From: a virus
Lineage: Duplodnaviria; Caudoviricetes
IMG/VR virus record: IMGVR_UViG_3300045996_001882
Location: 1-58,905 of that record
DNA length: 58,905 bases
Strand: one strand, 5' to 3'
Below, piece by piece: positions 7,841 to 16,958 of the stretch. Every line of letters starts with the position of its first letter. Within the stretch, counting starts at the first letter, position 1. A program made the translations under genes and the position numbers. The notes beneath the pieces were generated by a model, which did no database searches, had not been told where the DNA came from, and worked only from the letters and a program-made list of their open reading frames with translations.

Positions 7841-10626
7841 ACGTACTCCTCGTCCAGTGTGCGAATCGCATCCTTCAGGTTGACGATCGTCTGACGGAAT
7901 GCAACGGGGTTGGTCGGGTCGAGATTGCCGTCTACCTTCAGGGTCAAGTTCTCGATGTTCGTAGTACGTGTATTAGTGCTCGTATTGGATACACCAGCAG
8001 ACGTACTAGATACACCGACGTTACGAGCGAGTACGCTTGCCGGCATCGTCATCGGGTCGAGTTGTCCGGCAGCCACAATGTTCGTGGCGACACGGGCAAC
8101 CGTGTTCACGACCTGATCCTTGAGGTTATCCACACCGACGACGTAGCCCTGCATCGTGTACTCACCGAAGGCTCGGAACACTGTCGACGGTGAGGCGATT
8201 CCCAGGGCAGACTTCGCACCGTTGATGACCGCGCTAGCTGCATCCTTGACCCGTCGAACAGCTTCGGTCACCATCGACGCAATACCATTGATCAGGCCAA
8301 TGATGACATTCTTGCCGGCAGACACTAGCCAGTTGGCGGCGTCACCCAGAGCGCCGATGATTCGACCGGGCAGAGAACCCACCAGGTTCATGACGTTGTT
8401 GACACCATCTCTGACTGAACCGCTGACCGAATCCCACACCCCTCGGAACCAGCTGATGATCGGGTCGAACACCGAGTGGAAGATCTGCGAGACACGGTTC
8501 CACGCGTTGGACACCGCACCAGTCACCATCTCGACGGCGGCTGACGCAACACGCTGAAGATCAGCCCACAAAGCCGAGAACCACTCAGCCAAAGGATCGA
8601 AGACCGCGTGGAAGATCGTGACCAACTGGTTCCACTTCTCAGACACGAAGTTCACCGTGTTCGAGATGATCGTGGAAATCGTCTCGTAGAGGTAGTTCCA
8701 GATACCCGTGAACCATTCAGCCAGTGGATCCCAAATCGCGTGGAACAATTCGACGGTCTGTTGGAACCACGACTGAATCAAGATCCAGATCAACTCCACG
8801 ACCGTAGAAATCACGGTGTGGATAATGGTGAAGATTCCTGTGATGATCGTGATGATGGGAGTGAGTACCGTCGTAGCAGCCGAGACGATGTTACTCCACA
8901 CCGTGTTGAGGAAGTCACGGATAGCCGTCACCGGCACCATGATCGCGTTGCTCACCCGCGTGAACACGTCTGTGAAGAACGTGACAATGCTGTTCCACAC
9001 GCTGGTGATCGTGTCCGTGATCGAGGACCAGACCGACGAGAAGTACAGGACGATCCCGTCCCAAAGTCCCGTGAAGAAGTCAACGATCCCGTTCCAAATT
9101 GTGGCTGACGTGGAAGCGATCCACTCCCATGTTGCACTCAAGAACTCGACAATCTTGTCCCAGTTCATGATGATGATGGCTACCAGTGCGATCACCGCGG
9201 CAGCGATGGCCACATAGGGGTTCATCAACATCACCAGGTTGAGCGCTGCTTGGGCAACAGCTACAGCCTTCAGAACTCCGACCAGAATCGCCCCCACGAT
9301 GAGAAGCTGACTGATCGCATCGGCGTTCGCCGTGATGTACAGCGCCAAGCCCGCGATGATCGGGGCAAGGAATTCGATCACCGGCACCAAGTTGTCAGCC
9401 AAGGCCGCAGCCAAAGCCGCAACAGCGCTGACGATGATGGGCAAATACGGCCCGAGCGCATCGAGACCGCCTGTGATCAGGGTGCCGATCGCATCGCCAA
9501 CAGCGATCAACGCCCGTCCCAAGTTCGCCATGAACGTGGCGAATTCCTCAGTTGCTGTGAACTCGCGCAGTCGATCGAGCACCGAACCGAGGCCACCAGC
9601 AGCCGTCTCAGAGCCCGTGACAAGTGGCCCGAACACGTTGCCGACAATCGCCGCGATGTCGACGAGCAAGCCGCCCAGCTGACGCAAAGCATTGAGTCCG
9701 CCCAGGAGAACTTCCTCGAGTCGACCCGACTCGATGAACGACGCAGTCCATTCGCGGAAAGCATTCGCTGCTTCGAACGCCCCGCCCGTCAAACGCGCGA
9801 ATACCTCAGCGCCGGCATTTGCCAGATCGAGGAACGCCGCAGCGAGCGGGCCCAATGCGTTGCCGAGGTTGAACACGATAAGACGTGTGGCACGAAACAG
9901 GCCATTCACAGCCTCGACGTTTCGTCCCTCCGTCATCACGATGGCAAACCTGCGAGCGACGATGTTGACGGCTTCTGCCACACCGACGAGCCCGTCCCTC
10001 AGGACTGGGATGTAAGTCTCTGTCAAGCGCTGAAGAGCGGGGCCCAACCCGTTGAAGAAAGCTTCCTGCACAGCCTGCTGAACGGGCTTGAACGCCTTGG
10101 CCGACTCACGAACTGCCAGCGCGAATTCGCGAGCTGCCGGCGACAACTTCTTCAGGGCTTCTTCGACCGCAGCAGCGTCGGCCTCCAGGTCGACCATGAC
10201 CTCGAGAGCATCGCTGACTCCGCTGAGCGCCACCTTGAATGCAGCCATCGCCACACCCATCGCGGCGAATGCGCCCGGGAGAATGAGGGCAGCACCGGAT
10301 GCAGTAGTGAGCGCACTCCCCAGCGCAACAACTGCGGGAAGAGCACTACCGACCAGACCGAGAACACCGGCCATCTTGCCGAACGACGTGAGCAAACTCA
10401 GCAGACTCGAGCCGACCTTCTGCAGTGCTTCGCGCGACTGATTCGCCGATCGCGTGGCGGTCTTGCCCATCCTGTCGTGCTCATCGGCATTCTTGCGCAG
10501 ACCATCATCAAGATCCCTCAACTCTTCCTTGAAGGTGTTGATGTTGCCCCTGGCGCGCATGACGCCGTTCTCGTCATAGTCGATGATGATCTCGCCGTGA
10601 ACACTACCGATCCGGTGCTCAGCCAC
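7837..10626 (-). CDS. Tape measure protein (929 aa, GTG start)
   Basis: Ala/Leu/Gly-rich with periodic Trp/Phe repeats (IWNGIVDFFTGLWDGI); GTG at 10626 overlaps upstream TAG, AGGGGGA RBS. Confidence 0.92.
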   Translation of the reverse strand: MAEHRIGSVHGEIIIDYDENGVMRARGNINTFKEELRDLDDGLRKNADEHDRMGKTATRSANQSREALQKVGSSLLSLLTSFGKMAGVLGLVGSALPAVVALGSALTTASGAALILPGAFAAMGVAMAAFKVALSGVSDALEVMVDLEADAAAVEEALKKLSPAAREFALAVRESAKAFKPVQQAVQEAFFNGLGPALQRLTETYIPVLRDGLVGVAEAVNIVARRFAIVMTEGRNVEAVNGLFRATRLIVFNLGNALGPLAAAFLDLANAGAEVFARLTGGAFEAANAFREWTASFIESGRLEEVLLGGLNALRQLGGLLVDIAAIVGNVFGPLVTGSETAAGGLGSVLDRLREFTATEEFATFMANLGRALIAVGDAIGTLITGGLDALGPYLPIIVSAVAALAAALADNLVPVIEFLAPIIAGLALYITANADAISQLLIVGAILVGVLKAVAVAQAALNLVMLMNPYVAIAAAVIALVAIIIMNWDKIVEFLSATWEWIASTSATIWNGIVDFFTGLWDGIVLYFSSVWSSITDTITSVWNSIVTFFTDVFTRVSNAIMVPVTAIRDFLNTVWSNIVSAATTVLTPIITIITGIFTIIHTVISTVVELIWILIQSWFQQTVELFHAIWDPLAEWFTGIWNYLYETISTIISNTVNFVSEKWNQLVTIFHAVFDPLAEWFSALWADLQRVASAAVEMVTGAVSNAWNRVSQIFHSVFDPIISWFRGVWDSVSGSVRDGVNNVMNLVGSLPGRIIGALGDAANWLVSAGKNVIIGLINGIASMVTEAVRRVKDAASAVINGAKSALGIASPSTVFRAFGEYTMQGYVVGVDNLKDQVVNTVARVATNIVAAGQLDPMTMPASVLARNVGVSSTSAGVSNTSTNTRTTNIENLTLKVDGNLDPTNPVAFRQTIVNLKDAIRTLDEEYV

Positions 10627-10883
10627 TACTTGTTCCCCCTTCTGCGCGTTGGTGCGGCGGGACTTGCGAATCTCCCAGGCATGGAGCCATCTTCGTCGAG
10701 CCACACCATGATGCGACGCTGCTCGGCTTCTTCCTTGCGCTTCTTGACATTCTTGGTGTGGTCAGAGACATCCGCCTCAAGCGAAGAACCGAACAAGAAC
10801 ACGGCTCGATCGAACAAAAAGGCTTCAACTGGATGCTCTAGTCCATACAAGTTGGAAGGGGGGAGGTGGTATGCCTGTGACAT
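10626..10883 (-). CDS. Tail assembly chaperone, downstream (T-like) segment
   Basis: Between chaperone and tape measure; no clear RBS; frame open back to the TTT CGC site of the upstream gene. Confidence 0.65.
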   Translation of the reverse strand: MSQAYHLPPSNLYGLEHPVEAFLFDRAVFLFGSSLEADVSDHTKNVKKRKEEAEQRRIMVWLDEDGSMPGRFASPAAPTRRRGNK

Positions 10884-10902
10884 CCGCCACGCAGAGAAGA
10901 GA

Positions 10903-11430
10903 TCAGTTGCTTTGCTCGCGAAATCGCTCGAGCTTGCTCAGATCTCCCACCGCGTACGAGAGGATGTGGGCACGGTCCTCGAACGGGATGGTGTCGGTGT
11001 AGATCACACCGGCCACACGATCCTCGTAGTCGAGCGGAGTCTCCGTGCCGTCCTCGTGGCGAGTGACAGGTCGCTGAACGACCGGATCGAGGAGCATCGC
11101 TTCCGTCACTCGATCCATCAGGTTGTTCAGCTGCGTCATGGCCCCAGGCTTCTTCAGCAGGCTGTTCACGTCGATCTCGGCGTTCGCCGCCACCGGCTTG
11201 TCCTGCTGCACCTTCTTGCCCTTGACGCGCTTGATGTGCTTCTCCTCGACGAGGGCAGACAGGGTATCGACACTGTCGATTGCGCCCGCCTCGAGCAGCT
11301 TGTCGACCCCGGGAGCCTTCACCAGGATGGTCGAACCGCTGGGCACAGTGATCTCCCGCTGAGCGGGACCACCCCACGTGTGTCCACGCGAGATGTTGGA
11401 AAGCTTCTCAGAATCGTTGATGGGTGGCAT
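10903..11430 (-). CDS. Tail assembly chaperone (175 aa)
   Basis: Position between major tail and tape measure genes; AGGAG RBS. Confidence 0.75.
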   Translation of the reverse strand: MPPINDSEKLSNISRGHTWGGPAQREITVPSGSTILVKAPGVDKLLEAGAIDSVDTLSALVEEKHIKRVKGKKVQQDKPVAANAEIDVNSLLKKPGAMTQLNNLMDRVTEAMLLDPVVQRPVTRHEDGTETPLDYEDRVAGVIYTDTIPFEDRAHILSYAVGDLSKLERFREQSN

Positions 11431-11470
11431 CCCAGTGCTCCTAATACCCGTTGACTGATGTTGGTGTGGA

Positions 11471-12316
11471 TCAGGCCGTCGTGGTCTTGCTGACCTTGCT
11501 CGACCAAGCGCCGGGCATGCCCGACTTCTTCGCGCGAACCCGGTAGTCGTACGCGGTTGCCGCCGTGAGGCCGGTCTGCGTGACCGTCTCGGTACCGGTC
11601 GGGACCGTTGCCGGCGTACCCGCGGCGAATGCCGAATCCGGGGCGGACGTCAGCTTGCGCTGGATGTCGTAGCCCTCGTTCTCGCCTACGACCTCGTCCC
11701 AGGTGAGAACCTGCGTGTTCGCCGTCGTCGCCCCAGCCGTGAGGTTGGACACCATGGTCGGCGGCATCGGGATTGCCGTCACCTCGTCGTTCGAGACGAA
11801 GTCGTACACGACACCGTAGAGGTTCTCCGGATCCTCGGGCGTGTTCTCGTCGCCCATGAGGCAGCCGTAGCCCGTACCCGAGCAGCTCGTCAGGAAGAAC
11901 TGCTGGTCGCCGAACTCGCCGCCGATCGTGTCGGTGCACTTCGCTCGGTAGATGATCGCGTGCAGATCGCCGCCCGCGTCGTCGATGACCTGACCCTCGA
12001 TCATGAAGTACGGCCGACGGTTCGTGACCTTCTTGCGAAGACGACGAGACGCCACGAGTTCGGTGACAGAAGCACCGCTGAGAACCGCGTACGCGGGGAA
12101 GTCGATGCCGCCCGCCTCGATCTCCCAGGAAACCGTCGGCGCAGCCTCGTGCGAGGCCACTTCCTCGTCGTCGCCTCGAAGCGATTCCGAATCGCCGTTC
12201 TCCTCGAACGACAGAGTACGACCCACCGGCAGTCGAACGGGGACACCCAGCTCGGTGCAGGTCTGATCGGTGTACGGCGTCAGCACGAGCCGACGCAAGC
12301 CAAAGGGAAGCGCCAT
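11471..12316 (-). CDS. Major tail protein with C-terminal FN3/Ig-like domain (281 aa)
   Basis: Synteny; LRGDD motif; C-terminal LTAATAYDYRVRA FN3 signature. Confidence 0.85.
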   Translation of the reverse strand: MALPFGLRRLVLTPYTDQTCTELGVPVRLPVGRTLSFEENGDSESLRGDDEEVASHEAAPTVSWEIEAGGIDFPAYAVLSGASVTELVASRRLRKKVTNRRPYFMIEGQVIDDAGGDLHAIIYRAKCTDTIGGEFGDQQFFLTSCSGTGYGCLMGDENTPEDPENLYGVVYDFVSNDEVTAIPMPPTMVSNLTAGATTANTQVLTWDEVVGENEGYDIQRKLTSAPDSAFAAGTPATVPTGTETVTQTGLTAATAYDYRVRAKKSGMPGAWSSKVSKTTTA

Positions 12317-12498
12317 CAGTTCCTCTTCTCTACTTTCGCGAACCTTCGCGTGGTGAATTCACCGGTCTTGAGATTGAACCGATGAACGACGACCTCGCCG
12401 GGATTGTGCAGACAGAAACGGGAATTGCAAGCGATCTCAACGCAGTCTTCATCGATCACCACACCGTGCAGCTTCGCTTCACATCGCAGCTCGGTCAT
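12316..12498 (-). CDS. Small zinc-ribbon protein, Mu Com-like pattern (60 aa)
   Basis: ELRCEAKLHG...VEIACNSRFC; coupled to both neighbours. Confidence 0.5.
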   Translation of the reverse strand: MTELRCEAKLHGVVIDEDCVEIACNSRFCLHNPGEVVVHRFNLKTGEFTTRRFAKVEKRN

Positions 12499-12899
12499 GA
12501 CACCCCCGAGCCAGTCAGAACGAAGGAGGCGTACCTCGTGAACGTGTTCGCTTCGTCATCACTCAGGTCCTCCGAATAGCCCTCCCAGTTGACCTGTGAG
12601 AGCCAACCGCTCGTTTCCGGTGTTGCGATACCGGCGAGGTCGATCAGGGCGTCACGGACGTGTTTGAGGCACCGGTTGATCCGACTGTAGTCACCCTTCT
12701 TGTCGTGAACCCACACCTGAAGTGATCGTCGGTTGATCGGGCCGAGGCCCGGGTCGGTGTTACCCCACCGAAGGACGATGAACGGCTTTGCGCCAGGAGT
12801 GTCCACATCGTGCGTGATGTAGATCCGGTTCAAGGTGATGCCCTCAGCGTTCAAGCCCGGGTCAGTGCCCAGCAGAGTGCGAATCAAGGTCGTCGCCAT
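12495..12899 (-). CDS. Tail terminator protein (134 aa)
   Basis: Start at MATTLIR (TGATG overlap); PFIVLRW and LQVWVHD patterns; position before major tail. Confidence 0.65.
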   Translation of the reverse strand: MATTLIRTLLGTDPGLNAEGITLNRIYITHDVDTPGAKPFIVLRWGNTDPGLGPINRRSLQVWVHDKKGDYSRINRCLKHVRDALIDLAGIATPETSGWLSQVNWEGYSEDLSDDEANTFTRYASFVLTGSGVS

Positions 12900-13252
12900 C
12901 AGTCGAACACCTCCTCGAGCATTTGCCTCAGTCGGGGAACCACAGAGTTCATCACGGGGCCGATGATCGCGTACTTTCCTGACCATCGAACTTCAAGCCA
13001 AATGTTGTACGGCATCGACCCGAAGAACACCAGTGAAGTTGAAGACGCACTCTGGTAAACCCGGAACCGGAGACCTTGACGAGCGTTGCCCGTACGGTCA
13101 GTCCATCTCGCACCAGATTGCATCTCAGACTTCCCCTGAAGTCCCCAATATTGCAGGATATCCCTGATAGTCTCCCGGTGACGTTCATCGAGGTCACTCA
13201 ATCCCACGCTGAGGGAATCGGATTTCACTACCGCTCTAGCTCTGGAAGCCAC
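12899..13252 (-). CDS. Tail completion / HK97 gp10-like protein (117 aa)
   Basis: WTDRTGNAR and YNIWLE...GKYAIIGP motifs; synteny. Confidence 0.7.
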   Translation of the reverse strand: MASRARAVVKSDSLSVGLSDLDERHRETIRDILQYWGLQGKSEMQSGARWTDRTGNARQGLRFRVYQSASSTSLVFFGSMPYNIWLEVRWSGKYAIIGPVMNSVVPRLRQMLEEVFD

Positions 13253-13622
13253 GGCGAGTCACCAAGCCTTTGACCTCGTAGCCGTTGTGCGGGACGATCT
13301 CGATGATCTCGTACCGCGCACCGTTCGAGTCGAGCCAGTAGTCGTAGATCTGCATCTCACAGTCCCACTCACCGAGGAGCGTGAAATCCACGATGCGCTC
13401 CACACCGTCCGCCGAACGCACCGGCCGAGTGCTGTCAGACATCGTGATCAGTTTGAAGACCTGCGGCTCACGCGGTTCTCCGTCGATCCAGTCAGTACCG
13501 CCCGATCCGGTGCGTTCACGCACTTGAGGTATGAGGACGATCGTGCTGGGATCCCAGGCGATGAACTCTTTCGTGAGCCGCCTTTGAAGCTGAAGTTCAA
13601 GCGTGATCGCGGGAGTCGTCAT
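13236..13622 (-). CDS. Head-to-tail stopper (128 aa)
   Basis: Start MTTPAIT after GGGGG RBS; beta-rich, DYW...RYEI pattern; synteny. Confidence 0.6.
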   Translation of the reverse strand: MTTPAITLELQLQRRLTKEFIAWDPSTIVLIPQVRERTGSGGTDWIDGEPREPQVFKLITMSDSTRPVRSADGVERIVDFTLLGEWDCEMQIYDYWLDSNGARYEIIEIVPHNGYEVKGLVTRRGFQS

Positions 13623-13630
13623 GCTACCCC

Positions 13631-13945
13631 CTAAGCCTGCGGGCGAGTGATCCGCCGAATGGTCGTTCTGCGCGCGGTCAATGCTGCTTCTTCGCTGGCA
13701 GCCTGATTGCGGTAGTATTCGGCCAACTTGAGCGAGTTGTCGAAGATGGTGCCGAGTGATCGCGACGAACCTGCCTCGCTCACGTTCACCAGCGTGTGGG
13801 ATCGAGCCGCAACTGATTCCCACGTGAACTGCACGGCCTCGTTCATCGAGTCCGCTCGATCGATGATCTCGCCCAACTGCTCATCGGTCAAACCCACATC
13901 GCCGATGATGCCCCTGAGCTCGTCGATTTCCTCCTGGCTAGCCAC
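13631..13945 (-). CDS. Head-to-tail adaptor (104 aa)
   Basis: LRGIIGD...LTDEQL and VSEAGSSRS motifs; synteny. Confidence 0.65.
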   Translation of the reverse strand: MASQEEIDELRGIIGDVGLTDEQLGEIIDRADSMNEAVQFTWESVAARSHTLVNVSEAGSSRSLGTIFDNSLKLAEYYRNQAASEEAALTARRTTIRRITRPQA

Positions 13946-13972
13946 CGAGCCTCCCGACGTGCGTAGTCCGAA

Positions 13973-14047
13973 TCAACACAGCGGCGTCATCACATGCACG
14001 AGCACGTTTGGGGCGCTCACAGACACGCTCAGACGCCGCTGTGTTGA
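13973..14047 (-). terminator. 16-bp perfect inverted repeat with 43-nt loop; attenuator or mRNA-stabilising hairpin after head genes
   Basis: TCAACACAGCGGCGTC (13973-13988) and GACGCCGCTGTGTTGA (14032-14047), intergenic. Confidence 0.65.
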
Positions 14048-14055
14048 CCTGGGAA

Positions 14056-14442
14056 TCACGCGACGTTGTCGTCCTCGCCGAACTCGGCATCGTCCGCCTC
14101 GAGTCGAGCCACGAGCTCACTCTTCTTGCCCGAGGTGGAGTACCGCGTGGCAGCCTCGTCGGCTGGCATCCCGTCGTCGCCGGCGACCATCGCCTCGTGC
14201 CGCTTGGTGAGCTCCGTCTTCAGCATGTCGACGGTCCACTCACTGTACGGGGGGACCTCTTCGTTCTCTTCGAAGAACTCCTCCTCGTCCTCGTCGCCGA
14301 GCAGGAAGCGCCGGTGCTCGATCGCCTTCTGTTCGTCCTCGAGCTGCTGGACCACGCGGTCACGACCGATGGAGATCAGGAAATCCCGATCCTCGTCGGA
14401 GAGAGGAGCACTGTACTCCTTGCCCTTCACCAGAACAGACAT
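14056..14442 (-). CDS. Acidic capsid-associated protein with SAP/HeH-like motif (128 aa)
   Basis: YSEWTVDMLKTELTKR...GKKSELVARL. Confidence 0.6.
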   Translation of the reverse strand: MSVLVKGKEYSAPLSDEDRDFLISIGRDRVVQQLEDEQKAIEHRRFLLGDEDEEEFFEENEEVPPYSEWTVDMLKTELTKRHEAMVAGDDGMPADEAATRYSTSGKKSELVARLEADDAEFGEDDNVA

Positions 14443-14455
14443 GAAGCTACTCCCC

Positions 14456-15595
14456 TCACAGGTAGTCGAAGTTGGCCGGCGGGGTGTAGGTGGTACCGGT
14501 CACGACCTGCATGACCGCCCCTGCACCGCGATGACGAACACCGAGGCCGAAGCCGCGGATGTACGCCGAGTCGATCAGCGGGTAGTCAGGGTTCGGGCCC
14601 TTCACCAGCCGCATCCCCTGAAGATCCGGGTTCACGTGCTGGCGCATGCCGATCGGGTTGCCGAGGTTCGCGACTCCGCCGGTGGCGAAGCAGAACAGGT
14701 ACCCGACCGGAATGTAGTCCTCCTCGATGATCAGCGCGTCACCGTAGGAACCGATGACGTTGAACCCCTCGAGGGTCGCCGCCGGCTGAGCACCGAGCAG
14801 CAGCTGGTTCTGCGGCAGCAGCATCGCGTTCGTGCCGACCGACGGGATGAAGTCCCAATCGGCGTGCGTGGCGTCGACGGTGCCCGGGCTATCGGTACGA
14901 CCCGAGGCCGAACGGAAGGACCGGATGCGCGGCGACTGCGCCTTGTTCACCATCACGACGATGCGGTAACCGAGCGCCTTGGTGTAGCCGTGCTCGGTGA
15001 CCTGCTCGATCAGGAAGTCGAGATCCTCGGCGTCGAGCGTCGCGCCGTTCGTGGTGGTGTAGTGCGTGTGATTCGACGTGAACGTGTTCTGCCTCCACTT
15101 CGGCGGCGCCTCGCCCACACCGTTGTAGAAGGTGTAGACGTTGTACGGGTTCTTGTTGATGTTCGCGGTGGTGTTCGTGTTGTCGAAGATCCGCTTCATC
15201 ACCGCGTTGAACACCAGCTCGTTGTCCGCCTCGATCGCGGCGTTCTGGATCGAGTCGACCTGCTGAGCGGTCGCGTCGGCCAGGAACATCCACGTGAACC
15301 GAGCGGCGAGGTCGTACCAGTCGAACGGGTAACCGATCGAGTACGAACCCAGCCCGGTGCGAACACCCTTCGGACGACCGAACTCGGACGCCTTCTCGAA
15401 CTTCGTGCCCTGACCGAGGATCGGGACCTCTTCGATCGGATCCACGACGCCGAACGTCAGGAAGTTCACGAGAGCCGAACGCTCAGCGTTGTACGACTCC
15501 AGAACAGCCTGGTAGTCGACCCACAGCCCGTTGAGATCGCGGCCATCCTTCGTCGTGGTGACGAGATCGGCCTTCTGGTTGTAACCCTGAGGCAT
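14456..15595 (-). CDS. Major capsid protein (379 aa)
   Basis: Size, strong C/G third-position bias, position after scaffold and decoration genes. Confidence 0.85.
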   Translation of the reverse strand: MPQGYNQKADLVTTTKDGRDLNGLWVDYQAVLESYNAERSALVNFLTFGVVDPIEEVPILGQGTKFEKASEFGRPKGVRTGLGSYSIGYPFDWYDLAARFTWMFLADATAQQVDSIQNAAIEADNELVFNAVMKRIFDNTNTTANINKNPYNVYTFYNGVGEAPPKWRQNTFTSNHTHYTTTNGATLDAEDLDFLIEQVTEHGYTKALGYRIVVMVNKAQSPRIRSFRSASGRTDSPGTVDATHADWDFIPSVGTNAMLLPQNQLLLGAQPAATLEGFNVIGSYGDALIIEEDYIPVGYLFCFATGGVANLGNPIGMRQHVNPDLQGMRLVKGPNPDYPLIDSAYIRGFGLGVRHRGAGAVMQVVTGTTYTPPANFDYL

Positions 15596-15636
15596 GTTGA
15601 GAACCTCTTTCCCACACGTCCGTTAGGACTGTGTGA

Positions 15637-16080
15637 TCAGGCCGCTGCTTCCGCACCGGGGACGACGCGGACGATGAGCCGGGTGGCTTCCACCGTGTGG
15701 CCGATGCGACCGTTGGCCGCGCCGGGAGCGGTCGTGCCGTACGTGCCGTCCGCGTTGGAGGTGTAGACGGTGCCGGCGGTGGCAGCCGTTCCGTTCGCCG
15801 CGGTGAACTCCACGATCTCACCGGCGGTCATGACGTCCACGATCTCGCCGACCTTCGTCGGCTCCTGCAGGCAGATGATGCCCACCAGACCGCCGATCGC
15901 GGTCCCAGCGTTGAGCGGGGTGCCGATCACCACACGGCCGTTCGCGTCGAGCGACACAGCCTTGATCTTGCCGAGATCAGCGTGCGAGTAGTCCGGCGCG
16001 TTGGACGTGTAGCCGTAGTTCGCGAGCAGAGGTGCGCGGAAACCGCCCACCATCGGGTCGTACTTGTCGATGCGAGGCAT
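15637..16080 (-). CDS. Capsid decoration / minor head protein (147 aa)
   Basis: Gly/Ala/Thr-rich; between scaffold and capsid. Confidence 0.65.
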   Translation of the reverse strand: MPRIDKYDPMVGGFRAPLLANYGYTSNAPDYSHADLGKIKAVSLDANGRVVIGTPLNAGTAIGGLVGIICLQEPTKVGEIVDVMTAGEIVEFTAANGTAATAGTVYTSNADGTYGTTAPGAANGRIGHTVEATRLIVRVVPGAEAAA

Positions 16081-16124
16081 CTGTCGTTGTCCTTCCTGAG
16101 ACGACGTGTGGAACGAGGTGTTGC

Positions 16125-16763
16125 TCAGCCGACCTTCTGACCGCGGAATGCCGCCGGGAATCGACGGCGCCTCTCGGCATCCGCGGCAGCCTGGTCGGGG
16201 TTGGCACCCTTGCGAGTGCTCGATCCGGACCCAGTCGCCTCAGGCGCGGGCTGGACGATACCGGTCTTCACCAGGTACGACTTCTTCTTGGCGAGCGCGG
16301 CGACGGCTTCCTTCATGCCGGTGACCTTGCCGTCCTCGGCGATCTCCACACCCTCCATGAAGTCGCGGAGCAGGATCGCGTACGCGTCGCTCGGGTCCTG
16401 CCACTGGATGTTGCCCTCAGCCGCCAGGAAAGCGTTGCGCAGCCTTTCCGAGCGGAGAGCGATCGCCGTCTCCTCGCGAGCCTTGAGAGCTTCCTCGGCA
16501 TCGCGCTTGGCCTTCTCGATGTCGGTGAGCGTGGCCTTCTCGGCTTCGGCGATCTTCGCGGCCAACTCTTCCTTGGCCTTCTGCTCTGCAGCGGCCCGTC
16601 GATCGGCAGCCTTCATCCGCTCGAGCAGCTGGTCGTACTCCGCCTTCGACACCGACAGGTTGGCCTGATCACCCGTCTTGCCAGCGTTCGAATCACTACC
16701 CGTCTGCGGGTTGGTGTTCTCGGTGCTGGTCGACGGATCGGTGTTCGGGTCGGGCTGCGTCAT
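16125..16763 (-). CDS. Scaffolding protein (212 aa)
   Basis: Disordered N-terminus, coiled coil, LAKKKSYLVK; position. Confidence 0.8.
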   Translation of the reverse strand: MTQPDPNTDPSTSTENTNPQTGSDSNAGKTGDQANLSVSKAEYDQLLERMKAADRRAAAEQKAKEELAAKIAEAEKATLTDIEKAKRDAEEALKAREETAIALRSERLRNAFLAAEGNIQWQDPSDAYAILLRDFMEGVEIAEDGKVTGMKEAVAALAKKKSYLVKTGIVQPAPEATGSGSSTRKGANPDQAAADAERRRRFPAAFRGQKVG

Positions 16764-16793
16764 GACGATCTCTCTTCCTGGGGCCTCTGACCC

Positions 16794-16955
16794 CTACTTG
16801 CGCTTCTTCACACCAGAGTGCTTGCTGGCGGGCAGTCGTCGGTAACGAGTGACCTTACCGCCCTTGGTTTTGTGGGCCTTCTCGCGTGCCCACGGCTGCT
16901 TCGTGGCGAATGCCCACCGCCACTGCTTCTTGGATTTGAAGCCCTTGTAGCCCAT
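16794..16955 (-). CDS. Very basic small protein (53 aa)
   Basis: Own translation MGYKGFKSKKQWRWAFATKQPWAREKAHKTKGGKVTRYRRLPASKHSGVKKRK; fills gap in operon. Confidence 0.6.
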   Translation of the reverse strand: MGYKGFKSKKQWRWAFATKQPWAREKAHKTKGGKVTRYRRLPASKHSGVKKRK

Positions 16956-16958
16956 CGA

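Noticed and set aside
9250-11454. 734-aa plus-strand ORF
   Set aside because: Antisense shadow of tape measure and chaperone genes; high-GC codon bias suppresses stops; no motifs
14066-15766. 566-aa plus-strand ORF
   Set aside because: Antisense to the capsid genes; no independent signals
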